Source: Candidatus Bathyarchaeota archaeon (GTDB lineage: Archaea > Thermoproteota > Bathyarchaeia > Bathyarchaeales > Bathycorpusculaceae). Taken from it: a DNA stretch of 64,000 nt. The DNA lies in NCBI GenBank assembly GCA_013388905.1, contig JACAEI010000029.1:6773-70772 (forward strand), read 5' to 3'. Below, piece after piece: positions 1 through 9,656 of the stretch (position 1 is the stretch's first letter; every line of letters starts with the position of its first letter). Below the pieces are notes generated by a model. That model made no database searches, was not told where the DNA came from, and was given only the letters and a program-made list of their open reading frames with translations. The translations under genes and the position numbers were made by a program.

Positions 1-297
1 CGAGGATGGCTATGTCTGCGGCGCTTCCGCCTCTCTTCCGCAAGTTCGTAAAAGCTTCATGTCCAGGCGTATCAATAATAAGTAAACCAGGAATCTCTAT
101 CTCGCTTTTAACCATCGAAAGTAGAGGGCCAACCAACTGCTTTAGTGTATCTACTGGGAAAAAGCTTGCGCCGATGTGTTGTGTTATTCCGCCTGTCTCT
201 CGAGCTTGAACGCTTGTCTTGCGGATTTTGTCCAAAAGCAGAGTCTTGCCAGTATCAACATGCCCTAGGACGCATACAATTGGTTGGCGAGTGGGCA
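1..297 (-). CDS. infB: translation initiation factor aIF5B (IF2-type GTPase), N-terminal part; gene continues beyond window start
   Basis: Minus-strand translation from ATG at 297: [48 protein letters not shown]...[28 protein letters not shown]1 (GHVDTGKT) and G3 (DTPGHEAF) motifs in typical aIF5B context. Absent from ORF track because truncated; the listed 6..209 + ORF is its antisense shadow. Confidence 0.9.
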
Positions 298-458
298 TTT
301 TAATTATCTCCACGGATAGACAAGTTTAATCAATTCATGATTTTGCTTGAAGCTAATAAACTATTACTTAATAAAGATTGAACCAAGTCTAATGCTTTGG
401 TCATCGCAAAAGATAATTGCATATAGGGTATAAAAATTAGCAGTGTGGTGGTGAAACG

Positions 459-776
459 TTGCGGTATTGTTGGAAATGTGGAGCTCAATTGAAGGATGAA
501 GACAAATTCTGTTCCATATGCGGAGCTAAAATCGCCAAAATTGTCACAGAAGAGTTTACGGTTTCCGCAGACAATCTTATTGAAAGGGTTAAGCAGTTAC
601 TTCATGAAGGAAATGTGACGAGAATCGTTGTTAAAGATGAGAAAGGGAAGGTCTTGCTAGAGATTCCTGCGACTGTGGGAGTTATTGGCGTTGTGTTTGC
701 TCCTTGGCTTGCAGCATTAGGCGTGATAGCTGCTTTGGCTACAAATTGCAAGATTGTTGTTGAAAGAAGAGAGTAA
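459..776 (+). CDS. zinc-ribbon protein with DUF4342-like C-terminal domain
   Basis: N-terminal CWKC...CSICG zinc ribbon. C-terminal VTRIVVKDEKGKVLLEIPATVGVIGVVFAPWLAALGVIAALATNCKIVVER resembles DUF4342. TTG start preceded by GGTGGTGA SD. Confidence 0.6.
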   Translation: MRYCWKCGAQLKDEDKFCSICGAKIAKIVTEEFTVSADNLIERVKQLLHEGNVTRIVVKDEKGKVLLEIPATVGVIGVVFAPWLAALGVIAALATNCKIVVERRE

Positions 777-787
777 AAGCAGCAAAT

Positions 788-985
788 TTATTCGGTTCTT
801 GCGATTAACAAGAATATTCCCAGCAACAGCGGTATGAGACTTAGAAAAACGAAAAACCCTGTGTATGCTCCCAGATAGTTTGCGCTTGTTAACGTGTAGT
901 ATGTGATTAGAGCGCCAATAATTATTAACAAGAAACCCAAGAATTTTTCTGCTAACGTTATTCCGAAACTGCCTTCTTCACTCAT
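788..985 (-). CDS. small predicted membrane protein (2 TM helices)
   Basis: 65-aa ORF with two long hydrophobic stretches; no recognisable family. Confidence 0.4.
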   Translation of the reverse strand: MSEEGSFGITLAEKFLGFLLIIIGALITYYTLTSANYLGAYTGFFVFLSLIPLLLGIFLLIARTE

Positions 986-1055
986 ACACGTAGCCCTTCA
1001 TTTCAGCATGTTTTACATCATACAATATGAACGGTTATTTTAAATTTCCCCCGTT

Positions 1056-2147
1056 CTATTTTGTCTCTTCAAGTTTGGCTGGTAAATACTCGTCAACAAT
1101 GTATGTCAAGCCATATCTGCTGAAAGCCTCTTGTTCCGCCTTCTTCTTAATTTTCATGAAAGTTTTGATTTCTCTCTGCCACAATGGGTCTTTGTAGCGT
1201 GGGTCTCTCTGCAACTCGTAAAGCCTTTTAATGTCCACATCATCCAACGGGTCTGTTGGAAGTTTATAATTGACAATGTCAGTTGCCCACACGCCACTCC
1301 ATTTTGCGTCAGGCGTGTTAAGCTCTCTTAGATGCGCAGCGTTTGCTGAACCGGAGATTATGACCATGGCTATGTGCATTCCCCAAGGGTCACCATCTGT
1401 GAAAATGTAAACTGGCAGATTTAGTTCGCTGTTTAATCTTCTAATAAAGTGTCGCGTAGCCCGAGGTGATTGCCCGGCTGTTAAAACAAGTATGGCATTA
1501 AACTTTTTGTGAACGTTTTCCTCAATAAACCGCGTGAATAAGCCGCCTTTCTCTATAGCTATAACTTTGTCGGCAGTCGTTTTTACAAATTCAGAAGAGG
1601 TTAAAGCAGGACCAATCAGGACGCCGTCGGGATGAGAAGTCAAGTTCAAGGTTCTTCCTTCATAACCTGGCACTGTATACTCTATCGTTAGGTCGCCGAA
1701 AACTGCTGAACGTTCTTCAGGGAAAATGTTGAAATCTTCTCGAGAGAGTCCGAGAACTGTTTCCAAATCAGTTATGATGTTGTTTGATTCTTGCTGGTCT
1801 GTGAAGGTCATTTCATATGCTTGCGCCGAATAGTAAACATCTCTTAGGGTAGATGTTTTTCTTTGCGAAGTGAGTTCATGAGAGAAAGCGGCAGCCCAGA
1901 CCAGCTGAGTAAAAGGTTTAAGATGGCGAATGTTGCGGGCACTTCTGCGAACTTTTCTATCTCCAAGAATGAATTGTCTAAGCAGTGGGTCATAGTGAAT
2001 GTTTTCTAAAGAACGACTAGGCATTTCCACTGAAGGAAAGAAACCTTTGTCAAGTTGGTCGTAAATTTTTATTCCAAGGCTTTCAAGATTTTCTAGGGCT
2101 TCTTTTCTTCTTTCTATCACAGTACTTTTAAACTTCTTCTTCTCCAA
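1056..2147 (-). CDS. top6A: DNA topoisomerase VI subunit A (Spo11 family)
   Basis: 363 aa, Spo11/Top6A-like with Toprim region (IFTDGDPWGMHI). 20-nt overlap with upstream top6B, the typical operon arrangement. Confidence 0.95.
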   Translation of the reverse strand: MEKKKFKSTVIERRKEALENLESLGIKIYDQLDKGFFPSVEMPSRSLENIHYDPLLRQFILGDRKVRRSARNIRHLKPFTQLVWAAAFSHELTSQRKTSTLRDVYYSAQAYEMTFTDQQESNNIITDLETVLGLSREDFNIFPEERSAVFGDLTIEYTVPGYEGRTLNLTSHPDGVLIGPALTSSEFVKTTADKVIAIEKGGLFTRFIEENVHKKFNAILVLTAGQSPRATRHFIRRLNSELNLPVYIFTDGDPWGMHIAMVIISGSANAAHLRELNTPDAKWSGVWATDIVNYKLPTDPLDDVDIKRLYELQRDPRYKDPLWQREIKTFMKIKKKAEQEAFSRYGLTYIVDEYLPAKLEETK

Positions 2148-3699
2148 ATTTCTTCACGCTCCTCAATAGCTTTTCAATATCTGGAGGTTTTTTCTTGCCA
2201 GCAAGACTGGTTGAAAACTGGGCTATCTTCGGCAAGTATTTACTGAATACCCCTAAACGCTTGCGCTCTCTATCCACATGCTCTCTTCGCGTCAAGAAAT
2301 GTTGAAGTTGGCGGGCAGTTTCCCGTAAGCCATTGCCTATTTCTCTTCTAACTTCCGGTCTGTCAGCAATGAATTCCTTTCCAACAGTTTTGTAAGGCAC
2401 TTTGGTACTGCAGATATGCACCAAAATTGCTATTGGCATGTCAGACGCGACTTTGTATCTCCGCCAATTCATATCGTTTATCACTCTAACAGAAACATCG
2501 CTCGCCTCGTCATAAAGCAACGGAATTCTATTAGCAAAGCGATAAATTAAAAACGCGCCTTTTTTTGGAATTTCTCCACCGTAGGCGATTCCAACTTCTA
2601 TAATGAAGGGGTGACCTGCATAAGTTGCTGGTCTGCGCTGATGAACCGCCACAAACTCTGGCTTCAACTCTTTGACTACGCCTACTTTTAACAGTTCTTC
2701 ACCTAAAGGCGACAAACAACTAGCATCTGGCGGCAAAAATTCCTTAAACTTTTTAAGCATATGCATTAGTCTGACTATTTCCTCGTGGGAAAGTTTTTTT
2801 GGATTTCGAGATGGACTTATATTACTAAAATCAAGAAACTTCTGCGCCGTTTTTTCACCTACTCTGTGAAAATGGTTTATCAAAAATTCAAGCATATTCT
2901 TGTAAGGCGTAATGTGTATAAGGCGTTGAAGAAGCTCTACATCGACACCATAAGGATGCGGCAACGTCTCTTTTGGTGGCTCAGGCATATGTTCAGTAAC
3001 TCTAGTAAACTTGTAGAGTCTACCTTTAGGGTCAACAAACGTCAAGTTGGCATAAGGATTCACCATGGCAGTTTGCTTAAAATAATCAAGAATTTTGGGC
3101 ATCGCCCTCAAATAGTCGCCTTCCAAGCAGAATTCAACTATGGTCCCACGCCACTGCTCCTTGTTCAAAAGAACTTTTCTATCAAGAATAAGCGGACGGT
3201 TCTTCTGGATGTCAATCATAAGCTTATACATGTAAATTCTAGACATGCCATTGCTCGAGATAATGCTGGCAGGCTGATGCGTGGTAATTTGTCCATAAAG
3301 AATTGCCATTTTCCCGCCTAAACCAAATGTTCCTCTTTGCTGTTTTAGCTTGTATTTTGAACCGAAAAGCACTTGGCCGAATGCTGAAGGTATATGCCTA
3401 GGTGGAACACCTATACCATTATCTTCAACTCTTAACTTGTAGATTTGGGTTTCTTTGCTGGCTTCGCCTTCAAATGAGAGACGCACATAAATGTCTGGTG
3501 GTATCTTGAGGCTTTCAGCAGCATCCAAAGAGTTTTCCACAAGTTCTCTTATTGCTGCAAAAATGGCTCGAGACGGGTTTGTAAAGCCAGCTATGTCCCT
3601 GTTTCGGTAAAAGAAGTCTGAAGCGCTTATTTCTTCGAATGTTACTTGAGCCACCTTAAGCCTTCCACCAACATCTTTTTTACGATATGCTCTGCTCAC
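2128..3699 (-). CDS. top6B: DNA topoisomerase VI subunit B (GHKL ATPase)
   Basis: 523 aa with Bergerat-fold motifs (ELVENSLDA, EDNGIGV, GTFGLGG). Confidence 0.95.
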   Translation of the reverse strand: MSRAYRKKDVGGRLKVAQVTFEEISASDFFYRNRDIAGFTNPSRAIFAAIRELVENSLDAAESLKIPPDIYVRLSFEGEASKETQIYKLRVEDNGIGVPPRHIPSAFGQVLFGSKYKLKQQRGTFGLGGKMAILYGQITTHQPASIISSNGMSRIYMYKLMIDIQKNRPLILDRKVLLNKEQWRGTIVEFCLEGDYLRAMPKILDYFKQTAMVNPYANLTFVDPKGRLYKFTRVTEHMPEPPKETLPHPYGVDVELLQRLIHITPYKNMLEFLINHFHRVGEKTAQKFLDFSNISPSRNPKKLSHEEIVRLMHMLKKFKEFLPPDASCLSPLGEELLKVGVVKELKPEFVAVHQRRPATYAGHPFIIEVGIAYGGEIPKKGAFLIYRFANRIPLLYDEASDVSVRVINDMNWRRYKVASDMPIAILVHICSTKVPYKTVGKEFIADRPEVRREIGNGLRETARQLQHFLTRREHVDRERKRLGVFSKYLPKIAQFSTSLAGKKKPPDIEKLLRSVKKFGEEEV

Positions 3700-3735
3700 A
3701 CTTTAATTTAACTACATATTAGGTGCAATACTTAT

Positions 3736-4164
3736 TCATTTTTTGAAAGGAACGGGTAACAATTCTTCAAGTGTTTTTATTTTAACACTTTCAAACAAAA
3801 TTCTGCCATTCTCCACATTTGCCATAAAAATCTTAATTTTGGCATTAGCTGCAAAATCGTTAATGTATTGCAAGCACATGCCGCATGGCTTGGGTTCTTC
3901 AAATGCGTTTTTCTCGGTAACTATGGCTATTTCTTTAATCCTTCGGTTGTCGTGCAAAATTGCATGGTTGATAGCGCATCTTTCGGCGCAAATTCCAAGT
4001 CCAGAAATCCAGCTTTCAATATTGCAACCCTCATAAATTTGCTCGTCCTCTGCAAGAACTGTAGCGCCAACTTTGAAACCCCAAAGCACATAGGCGTTAT
4101 CCATAGCCTTCAACGCCGCATCTAACATTCTTTTTTCGCTTTCGCCTATTTTAACCATAAACAT
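3736..4164 (-). CDS. cdd: cytidine deaminase (zinc-dependent CDA family)
   Basis: CAERCAI and PCGMCLQ zinc-ligand motifs; about 140 aa, the tetrameric CDA size. Confidence 0.8.
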   Translation of the reverse strand: MFMVKIGESEKRMLDAALKAMDNAYVLWGFKVGATVLAEDEQIYEGCNIESWISGLGICAERCAINHAILHDNRRIKEIAIVTEKNAFEEPKPCGMCLQYINDFAANAKIKIFMANVENGRILFESVKIKTLEELLPVPFKK

Positions 4165-4177
4165 TCCTAGCTACAAC

Positions 4178-5977
4178 TTATCTTCGTAAAGCACGCAGAT
4201 AATAGTATTCACCGATTTGTTTTTGAAACTTGTCCATTTTTGAACCTTCCTTGTTGACTCTTGGTCTCCTTGTTAGGGAGTCTCTCCGGAAAGTCACTTC
4301 CATTTCTCTTAAAAATTCGTTCATTCCGTCTCTAAGGCTTAAAGGCGGATTCGCTGTGCCCATTTCTCCTGGTTTACCCGAGAAAACCATCAAGCGGTCA
4401 GCAATAAAATCTTGTGCAATAACATCATGTTCAACAACGAAAGCCGCAACATTCTGGTTTTCAACCACTCTGCGTATAGCCCGAGCCATGTTCAACCGTT
4501 CTTCAACATCTAAATAGGCGCTGGGCTCGTCAAGCAAATAAAGTTCAGCTTTACGGGATAAGCACACTGCAATAGCCACCTTCTGCAGTTCACCGCCGCT
4601 AAGTTCCTCCACATTCCTATCAAAAAGCAAATTTATCCGCAAAGGATGAATGATTTCTGTCTGGTACCAGCTAGAGGAGAAATTCTCTTTGGCAACACTC
4701 GTTAAAAGCTCTTGAACCGTTCCAGCATATTCTGCCGAAATATATTGCGGCTTATAACTTATCTTCAATTCTTCAAACTTCTGCCCATTATCAGACGCTT
4801 CAAGCCCAGCTAGAATCTTGACGAAAGTAGTTTTGCCTATACCATTAGGTCCCAGAATCCCGATGGTTTCGCCCTTTCTTATTTCTCCAGGAAATGCGAC
4901 TAGTCTGAACCCTGCATACTTTTTCTCTATTTGCCCCCATTTAAGCAGTGTTTCGCCAGCGACAAAGGTGGTTGTAGGCGGCTTTTCATGAAATGCTATG
5001 GCTTCTTTTCTGAATCGCACATTCTCGTCTGGAATGTAGCCTTGCAGATAGATGTTTATGCCAGTTCTAACGCTGTGAACATTGGAAACTATACCATAAA
5101 CGCTTGGTTCTCCGTAAAAAACGCAGATTTGGTCAGACAAATAATCTATTATCGCAAGGTCATGTTCAGCCACAATTATGGTTTTTTCATTGTTTCTTAG
5201 GCTTCTTATGGCTCTTGCAACTTCAAGCCTCTGCTTCACGTCTAAGTAGCTTGACGGTTCATCAAAAAGGTATACATCGGCGTCACGGCAAATGGTGGCT
5301 GCAACTGCCACGCGTTGTAATTCGCCACCACTTAAAACTTCGAGAGAGCGGTTCCAAAGCTGTTTCAATTCGAGTTGTTCGGCGATTTTACCGAGCCTTT
5401 TGCTTTCATCCACTTTTTCTAATAAGTCTCCAACATTGCCCGACACAACTTTTGGAATTTTATCCACGTACTGCGGCTTAAATGAAACCTTAAGCTTTGT
5501 ATTAGCCATTTTCTGGAAATATTCTTGAAGCGTTGACCCTCTAAAGTGCGTGATTATCTCGTCCCAGTTAGGCGGATTTTCATAGTTTCCAAGATTTAAC
5601 ATGATTTCGCCAGAAAATATTTTAAGCGTGGTCGATTTGCCTATGCCGTTTTGTCCAAGAAGCCCCAGCACCATTCCAGGCGATGGAGTTGGAAGCCGAT
5701 AAAGCTTAAACGTGTTTTCTCCAAAACGATGGCTACAATCTTTTTCCAACTCATCTGGAAGATTAACTATCGCTATGGCTTTAAACGGGCATTTTTTTAT
5801 GCAAATGCCACATCCTGTGCAGAGGGATTCTACTATTACAGGTCTGTCGTCCACAAAGCGTATGGCTTCTATACGGCTTCGCACTATGGGGCAAAAACGA
5901 TGACACAGCCTACCGCAACGTTTAGGCTTGCATTTGTCAGCATCTAACACTGCAACGCGTGTCATGGTTGAATCCAA
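4178..5977 (-). CDS. ABCE1 / RNase L inhibitor-type ribosome recycling ATPase
   Basis: 599 aa. N-terminal double 4Fe-4S ferredoxin-like Cys clusters (CKPKRCGRLCHRFCP, CTGCGICIKKCP) followed by two ABC cassettes (GQNGIGKST, GPNGIGKTT, LSGGELQ twice). Confidence 0.95.
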   Translation of the reverse strand: MDSTMTRVAVLDADKCKPKRCGRLCHRFCPIVRSRIEAIRFVDDRPVIVESLCTGCGICIKKCPFKAIAIVNLPDELEKDCSHRFGENTFKLYRLPTPSPGMVLGLLGQNGIGKSTTLKIFSGEIMLNLGNYENPPNWDEIITHFRGSTLQEYFQKMANTKLKVSFKPQYVDKIPKVVSGNVGDLLEKVDESKRLGKIAEQLELKQLWNRSLEVLSGGELQRVAVAATICRDADVYLFDEPSSYLDVKQRLEVARAIRSLRNNEKTIIVAEHDLAIIDYLSDQICVFYGEPSVYGIVSNVHSVRTGINIYLQGYIPDENVRFRKEAIAFHEKPPTTTFVAGETLLKWGQIEKKYAGFRLVAFPGEIRKGETIGILGPNGIGKTTFVKILAGLEASDNGQKFEELKISYKPQYISAEYAGTVQELLTSVAKENFSSSWYQTEIIHPLRINLLFDRNVEELSGGELQKVAIAVCLSRKAELYLLDEPSAYLDVEERLNMARAIRRVVENQNVAAFVVEHDVIAQDFIADRLMVFSGKPGEMGTANPPLSLRDGMNEFLREMEVTFRRDSLTRRPRVNKEGSKMDKFQKQIGEYYYLRALRR

Positions 5978-6093
5978 TAATGAATGGTCGTTGTTTGTAG
6001 GTTATAAATATGCAGTTGAAAAAAGCTCAAAAATAATGATTGAAACATGAGTAAAGAAAAAACGCAAAAAACACTATTTGGCTATTACGTTTT

Positions 6094-6159
6094 TTACCAT
6101 TCCTCTTCTTCCCATTCTTCCTCTTCTTCCTCTTCCCATTCCTCTTCTTCCTCACGCAT
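6094..6159 (-). CDS. candidate micro-ORF encoding a 21-aa poly-Glu/Trp peptide MREEEEEWEEEEEEEWEEEEW
   Basis: ATG at 6159, TAA at 6094-6096. GGAGGTG (complement of 6167-6173) lies 7 nt upstream of the ATG. An AT-rich TATA-like element lies at 6211-6229. Oligo-T runs follow the stop on the coding strand (complement of 6053-6071). Below the ORF-track size cut-off. Confidence 0.4.
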   Translation of the reverse strand: MREEEEEWEEEEEEEWEEEEW

Positions 6160-6284
6160 CTTTTTCCACCTCCTTTTTGGGTTTGGTGCTAATGAAAGCC
6201 ACTTAACCATGCTTTAAACATTTTTATTCGTTAGTTGTCGAGAAAGAGAAACAAAATGGAATATTTGCTGAGGGCTCGTAGAGA

Positions 6285-7295
6285 TTATTTCACAATTTTG
6301 GCTGATAACGAAGCTACTGGTTCACGCTTTTCAGGAGTAATATAAGCCCAACATAGATTCGGCGAATTATGTGCTGCGCCAACATTTCCATAAATGTCGA
6401 CAGAGATTAATCCCATGTGATTGTAATTATTCGATATTCGCTTATTAACAAGCTCTATTCCAATTTCAACAGCCTCTTGAGCTGTTTTTCCGATTTCCAT
6501 AAGGTTACAAGCTGTTTTCGCCAAAACAAGCCTCATCGCTATTTCACCCACGCCAGTAGCTGAACACGCACCAGAGTGATTGTCTGCATAGGTGCCACAT
6601 CCAATGATGGGTGAGTCGCCGATTCTTCCCGGAAACTTCAAAGGAAAACCTCCAGTAGAAGTTGCAGCTGCAACATTTCCATTCTTATCAAGGGCAACTG
6701 CGCCCACAGTTTCAAGTTTAAATAGTTCAGGATAATTTTCAACAAGGTCTCTTAGCTTTCGCAACTCAAACTTCCCATCTTTTAGTAATTTCTTCTGTTC
6801 CTCGTAGTATTCTAATCTGCGTTCTGTTAGCGGGTTCCTCCTTTCAAGACCGAAGATTTTAGCGAGTTTTTCTGCGCCTTTGCCTACGATAAAAACGTGA
6901 TCTGTCTTTTCCATGATTATTCTTGCTAAGCGAACTGGATTCTTAACATCCGTTAATAGCCCAGTAGCTCCAGCTTGCAAAGTTTTCCCATCCATTATGG
7001 ATGCCTCCATTTCCACACATTTTTCTATATTTAAACTTGAACCATAACCTGCATTAAAAGTGCCATCATCTTCCATAGCTGCCACAGCCTCTATAACGGC
7101 GTCAACAGCATTTCCGCTTTTCTTCAAGATTTCAAAACCTGTTTCCGCAGCCTTTTTTACTCCGTCTAAGCCAGCTTGGCTTCGGTCAAGCCGCCATATT
7201 CCAGCACCGCCATGAACGACAATTACTGGTTTTTGTATATTAGCCAAATGTTTATCTCTCCGTTGAATTGGAGTATTAAGACAATTGTAGCTCAA
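6285..7295 (-). CDS. isoaspartyl peptidase / plant-type L-asparaginase (Ntn hydrolase)
   Basis: VVHGGAG N-terminus and autocleavage-site context ETVGAVALDKNGNVAAATSTGG. Exact start is uncertain (TTG at 7295 is the longest option). Confidence 0.85.
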   Translation of the reverse strand: MSYNCLNTPIQRRDKHLANIQKPVIVVHGGAGIWRLDRSQAGLDGVKKAAETGFEILKKSGNAVDAVIEAVAAMEDDGTFNAGYGSSLNIEKCVEMEASIMDGKTLQAGATGLLTDVKNPVRLARIIMEKTDHVFIVGKGAEKLAKIFGLERRNPLTERRLEYYEEQKKLLKDGKFELRKLRDLVENYPELFKLETVGAVALDKNGNVAAATSTGGFPLKFPGRIGDSPIIGCGTYADNHSGACSATGVGEIAMRLVLAKTACNLMEIGKTAQEAVEIGIELVNKRISNNYNHMGLISVDIYGNVGAAHNSPNLCWAYITPEKREPVASLSAKIVK

Positions 7296-7500
7296 ATTTA
7301 AGTCTAATGTTTCAAGAGAAGAAAATGGATAAATCTTTGTATGGAAACATTAATTGTGGGATGATGTGAGGCGACGGCAAAGAGCTAAAAGCTGTGAAAA
7401 CGCCACTAACCTGCACTGACCCTTCCGCAGCTTATTGGTTTTTAGAAAATGTTAAAGTTGCCTTCAAATAGTATTTATATCCATAAAGTAGGTGTAAATC

Positions 7501-8022
7501 GTGCTCAGAGATTTTAATCTCCTCGCAACTACCTCACGAGGGTTTGAAGACGCCGCGTGCTCCGAGTTATGGTACTTGCTTGGGGAAATAGGCGATTCAG
7601 CACCAACTGTTGACAGGACAGGTGTTTCAGGATTAATCGCAGCAAGAACAGTCTTAAGCCCCTTCGATGTTATAGAAAAGTTTCGCAAAATCTTGCATGA
7701 GCGCCCATACGAATTTCGCTACATGCTCAGAATTATTCCTATCGAAAAAGTTGTGCGAACAGATTTAGGTGAAATCCAACGCGTAGCCACAGAGCTCAGT
7801 TTAAAGATAGGCGCAAACGAAACCTTTCGCGTTACAGTTGAAAAACGCTTTACACAGTTCGCGACAAGAGACATTATTGAAGTTGCTACAGCAAATATAG
7901 AGCGAAATGTTGACTTAAACAATCCTAACAAGATTCTTTTAATCGAAGTTATTGGTGGATTAACTGGCTTATCAGTAATAAAGCCTGAGGAAATTTTAGC
8001 GGTTATGAAAGAAAAACTGTAA
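7501..8022 (+). CDS. stand-alone THUMP domain protein (predicted RNA binding)
   Basis: 173 aa with a THUMP-like profile (FRVTVEKRF..., ILLIEVIGGLTGLSV). GTG start with AGGTG SD 6 nt upstream. Confidence 0.7.
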   Translation: MLRDFNLLATTSRGFEDAACSELWYLLGEIGDSAPTVDRTGVSGLIAARTVLSPFDVIEKFRKILHERPYEFRYMLRIIPIEKVVRTDLGEIQRVATELSLKIGANETFRVTVEKRFTQFATRDIIEVATANIERNVDLNNPNKILLIEVIGGLTGLSVIKPEEILAVMKEKL

Positions 8023-8797
8023 CTTTATCGCCGCTTCTTACTTTGAAAAAAGTTGCAGCATCACCTTGATTTATGGATATTTCCAGAAAGTTGTGGCTTC
8101 CAATAATGGCTAAAGGTTGTTTTTGCTCTACTTCTGCGTAGGCTTTGCAAAGCTTTAGCTCTAACCGAGCATTTTTGAGCTTGACATTGACTTTATGCTT
8201 AATTTTCATAGTTTTGAGGTCGTTTTCGCTAATATTTGTAATTATGTTTCCGAAACCGTCTACGTGCATGACCTCGCCCATAAACAGATTCTTTCTTTTT
8301 GTGACCTTGGCGAAATCTGGCGTTAAAACCTTGTGGATTTCTGGTCCAAACTCTTCTGGTGGAATGCCACTTGACAAGTGAGCAGCTGCTGGCGCGAACA
8401 TATCTCTTCCATGAAAAGTGTTTGACACTTTGGGTAGCATTAGTTTTCGATTAGCTATCTTGTAAATGTGTTGTATGCCCTCGTTTTTTGCGGCTAAAAT
8501 CAGCACTCCGTTGTCTGGTCCAACATAGAAACTCTTTCTTGTCTGTATAAGTATGGGATGTCTTTTTGTTCCGACACTTGGATCCACCACTGCTACGTGA
8601 ATTGTACCCTTTGGAAAATATGGCGATGCAGAAGCCAACATGTAGGCGCCCATTCGTATGTTGAACTTTTCTATTTCATGGGTTAAGTCAACCACAGTCG
8701 CCTTTCGGTTTATGCCTAGAATCACGGCTTTCATTTCTGCGACATAGGGATCTTTCAAACCAAAATCAGATGTTAAAGTAATTATGGCACGAGACAT
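8003..8797 (-). CDS. SAM hydroxide adenosyltransferase / SAM hydrolase (DUF62, chlorinase-fluorinase family)
   Basis: N-terminus ITLTSDFGLKDPYVAEMKAVI and 264 aa are typical of DUF62. 20-nt convergent overlap with the THUMP gene. Confidence 0.85.
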   Translation of the reverse strand: MSRAIITLTSDFGLKDPYVAEMKAVILGINRKATVVDLTHEIEKFNIRMGAYMLASASPYFPKGTIHVAVVDPSVGTKRHPILIQTRKSFYVGPDNGVLILAAKNEGIQHIYKIANRKLMLPKVSNTFHGRDMFAPAAAHLSSGIPPEEFGPEIHKVLTPDFAKVTKRKNLFMGEVMHVDGFGNIITNISENDLKTMKIKHKVNVKLKNARLELKLCKAYAEVEQKQPLAIIGSHNFLEISINQGDAATFFKVRSGDKVTVFLS

Positions 8798-8858
8798 ATT
8801 ACATCACTTTATATGCCTTTAAGAATAATTAGCTTTCCAAACGCAGAAGGGCTAACAA

Positions 8859-9590
8859 ATGCTGTTTGACTGGAAACTTGATACAAAAAGTTTGGCTTTA
8901 GCCATTAGCTTCACAGCCCTATACGTTGTTTTTGGCTTTGTAAAAATTTCTCCCATTATAGGTCTGCCTAATCAAGCAATAACAGCAGCAGCAATTATGG
9001 CGCCAATTATGGGCATAATACTTGGATCATATATAGGTATGACATCCACAATTTTAGGTGGAATAATTGGATTTTTTGCTGGTTCTCTTTCTGTACCGAG
9101 TCTTGTTTCAGGCGTTTTTGCAGCTTCATACGCTGGCATACTACACGAACGTAAGCGAAGCCTTTGCGTTTTCTCTTATTTTTCACTTCTGTTTCTTTTC
9201 GGCTTTTATCCTTTCGTCGGTCCTGTTTGGCTTTATCCAGCATTAATGTGGTTTCAAATCGTCGGATTTTTAATTCTAGTTTCGCCCTTGATGCCTATAG
9301 CGCTAAAAAGCATCGGTTCTAAGAACAAATCTAAGTCCTTTTTCGGTTTTTTTATAACCTCTCTAGTTTCTACTTTGGCTGGTCAAATCGCTGGTTCATT
9401 AGCTTTCGAGCTTCTTACGTGGCCTATCTTCCTAGCTAACGTAAATGCGTGGAAAGCAAAATGGCAAGTTATCACATTTCTCTATCCAGTAGAAAGAACG
9501 ATCATTGCATTAAGCGCATCATTTGTTGGGACAACCTTGTACGAAGCTTTGAAATCTTCAAACATCCTATCAAGCTATGGAAAACATTGA
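8859..9590 (+). CDS. polytopic membrane protein (ECF S-component-like?)
   Basis: 243 aa with about 6 hydrophobic helices; no confident family assignment. Confidence 0.45.
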   Translation: MLFDWKLDTKSLALAISFTALYVVFGFVKISPIIGLPNQAITAAAIMAPIMGIILGSYIGMTSTILGGIIGFFAGSLSVPSLVSGVFAASYAGILHERKRSLCVFSYFSLLFLFGFYPFVGPVWLYPALMWFQIVGFLILVSPLMPIALKSIGSKNKSKSFFGFFITSLVSTLAGQIAGSLAFELLTWPIFLANVNAWKAKWQVITFLYPVERTIIALSASFVGTTLYEALKSSNILSSYGKH

Positions 9591-9656
9591 ACGGCAAGAG
9601 TAGACTTCGCTCTATTCTTAAAAAAAACAACAACCACGGGAACCCCTTTTAGTTTA

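Noticed and set aside
6-209. 67-aa plus-strand ORF at the window start
   Set aside because: It is the antisense shadow of a clear aIF5B N-terminus on the minus strand (1-297).
2785-3321. 178-aa plus-strand ORF
   Set aside because: It lies entirely inside top6B on the opposite strand. It has basic, low-complexity composition and no motifs.
6047-6217. Plus-strand 56-aa Ser/His-rich ORF (MSKEKTQKTLFGYYVFYHSSSSHSSSSSSSHSSSSSRIFF...) across the same low-complexity tract as the poly-Glu micro-ORF
   Set aside because: It has no SD or promoter-like element upstream, whereas the minus-strand frame has a perfect GGAGGTG at ideal spacing. It is not formally excluded.
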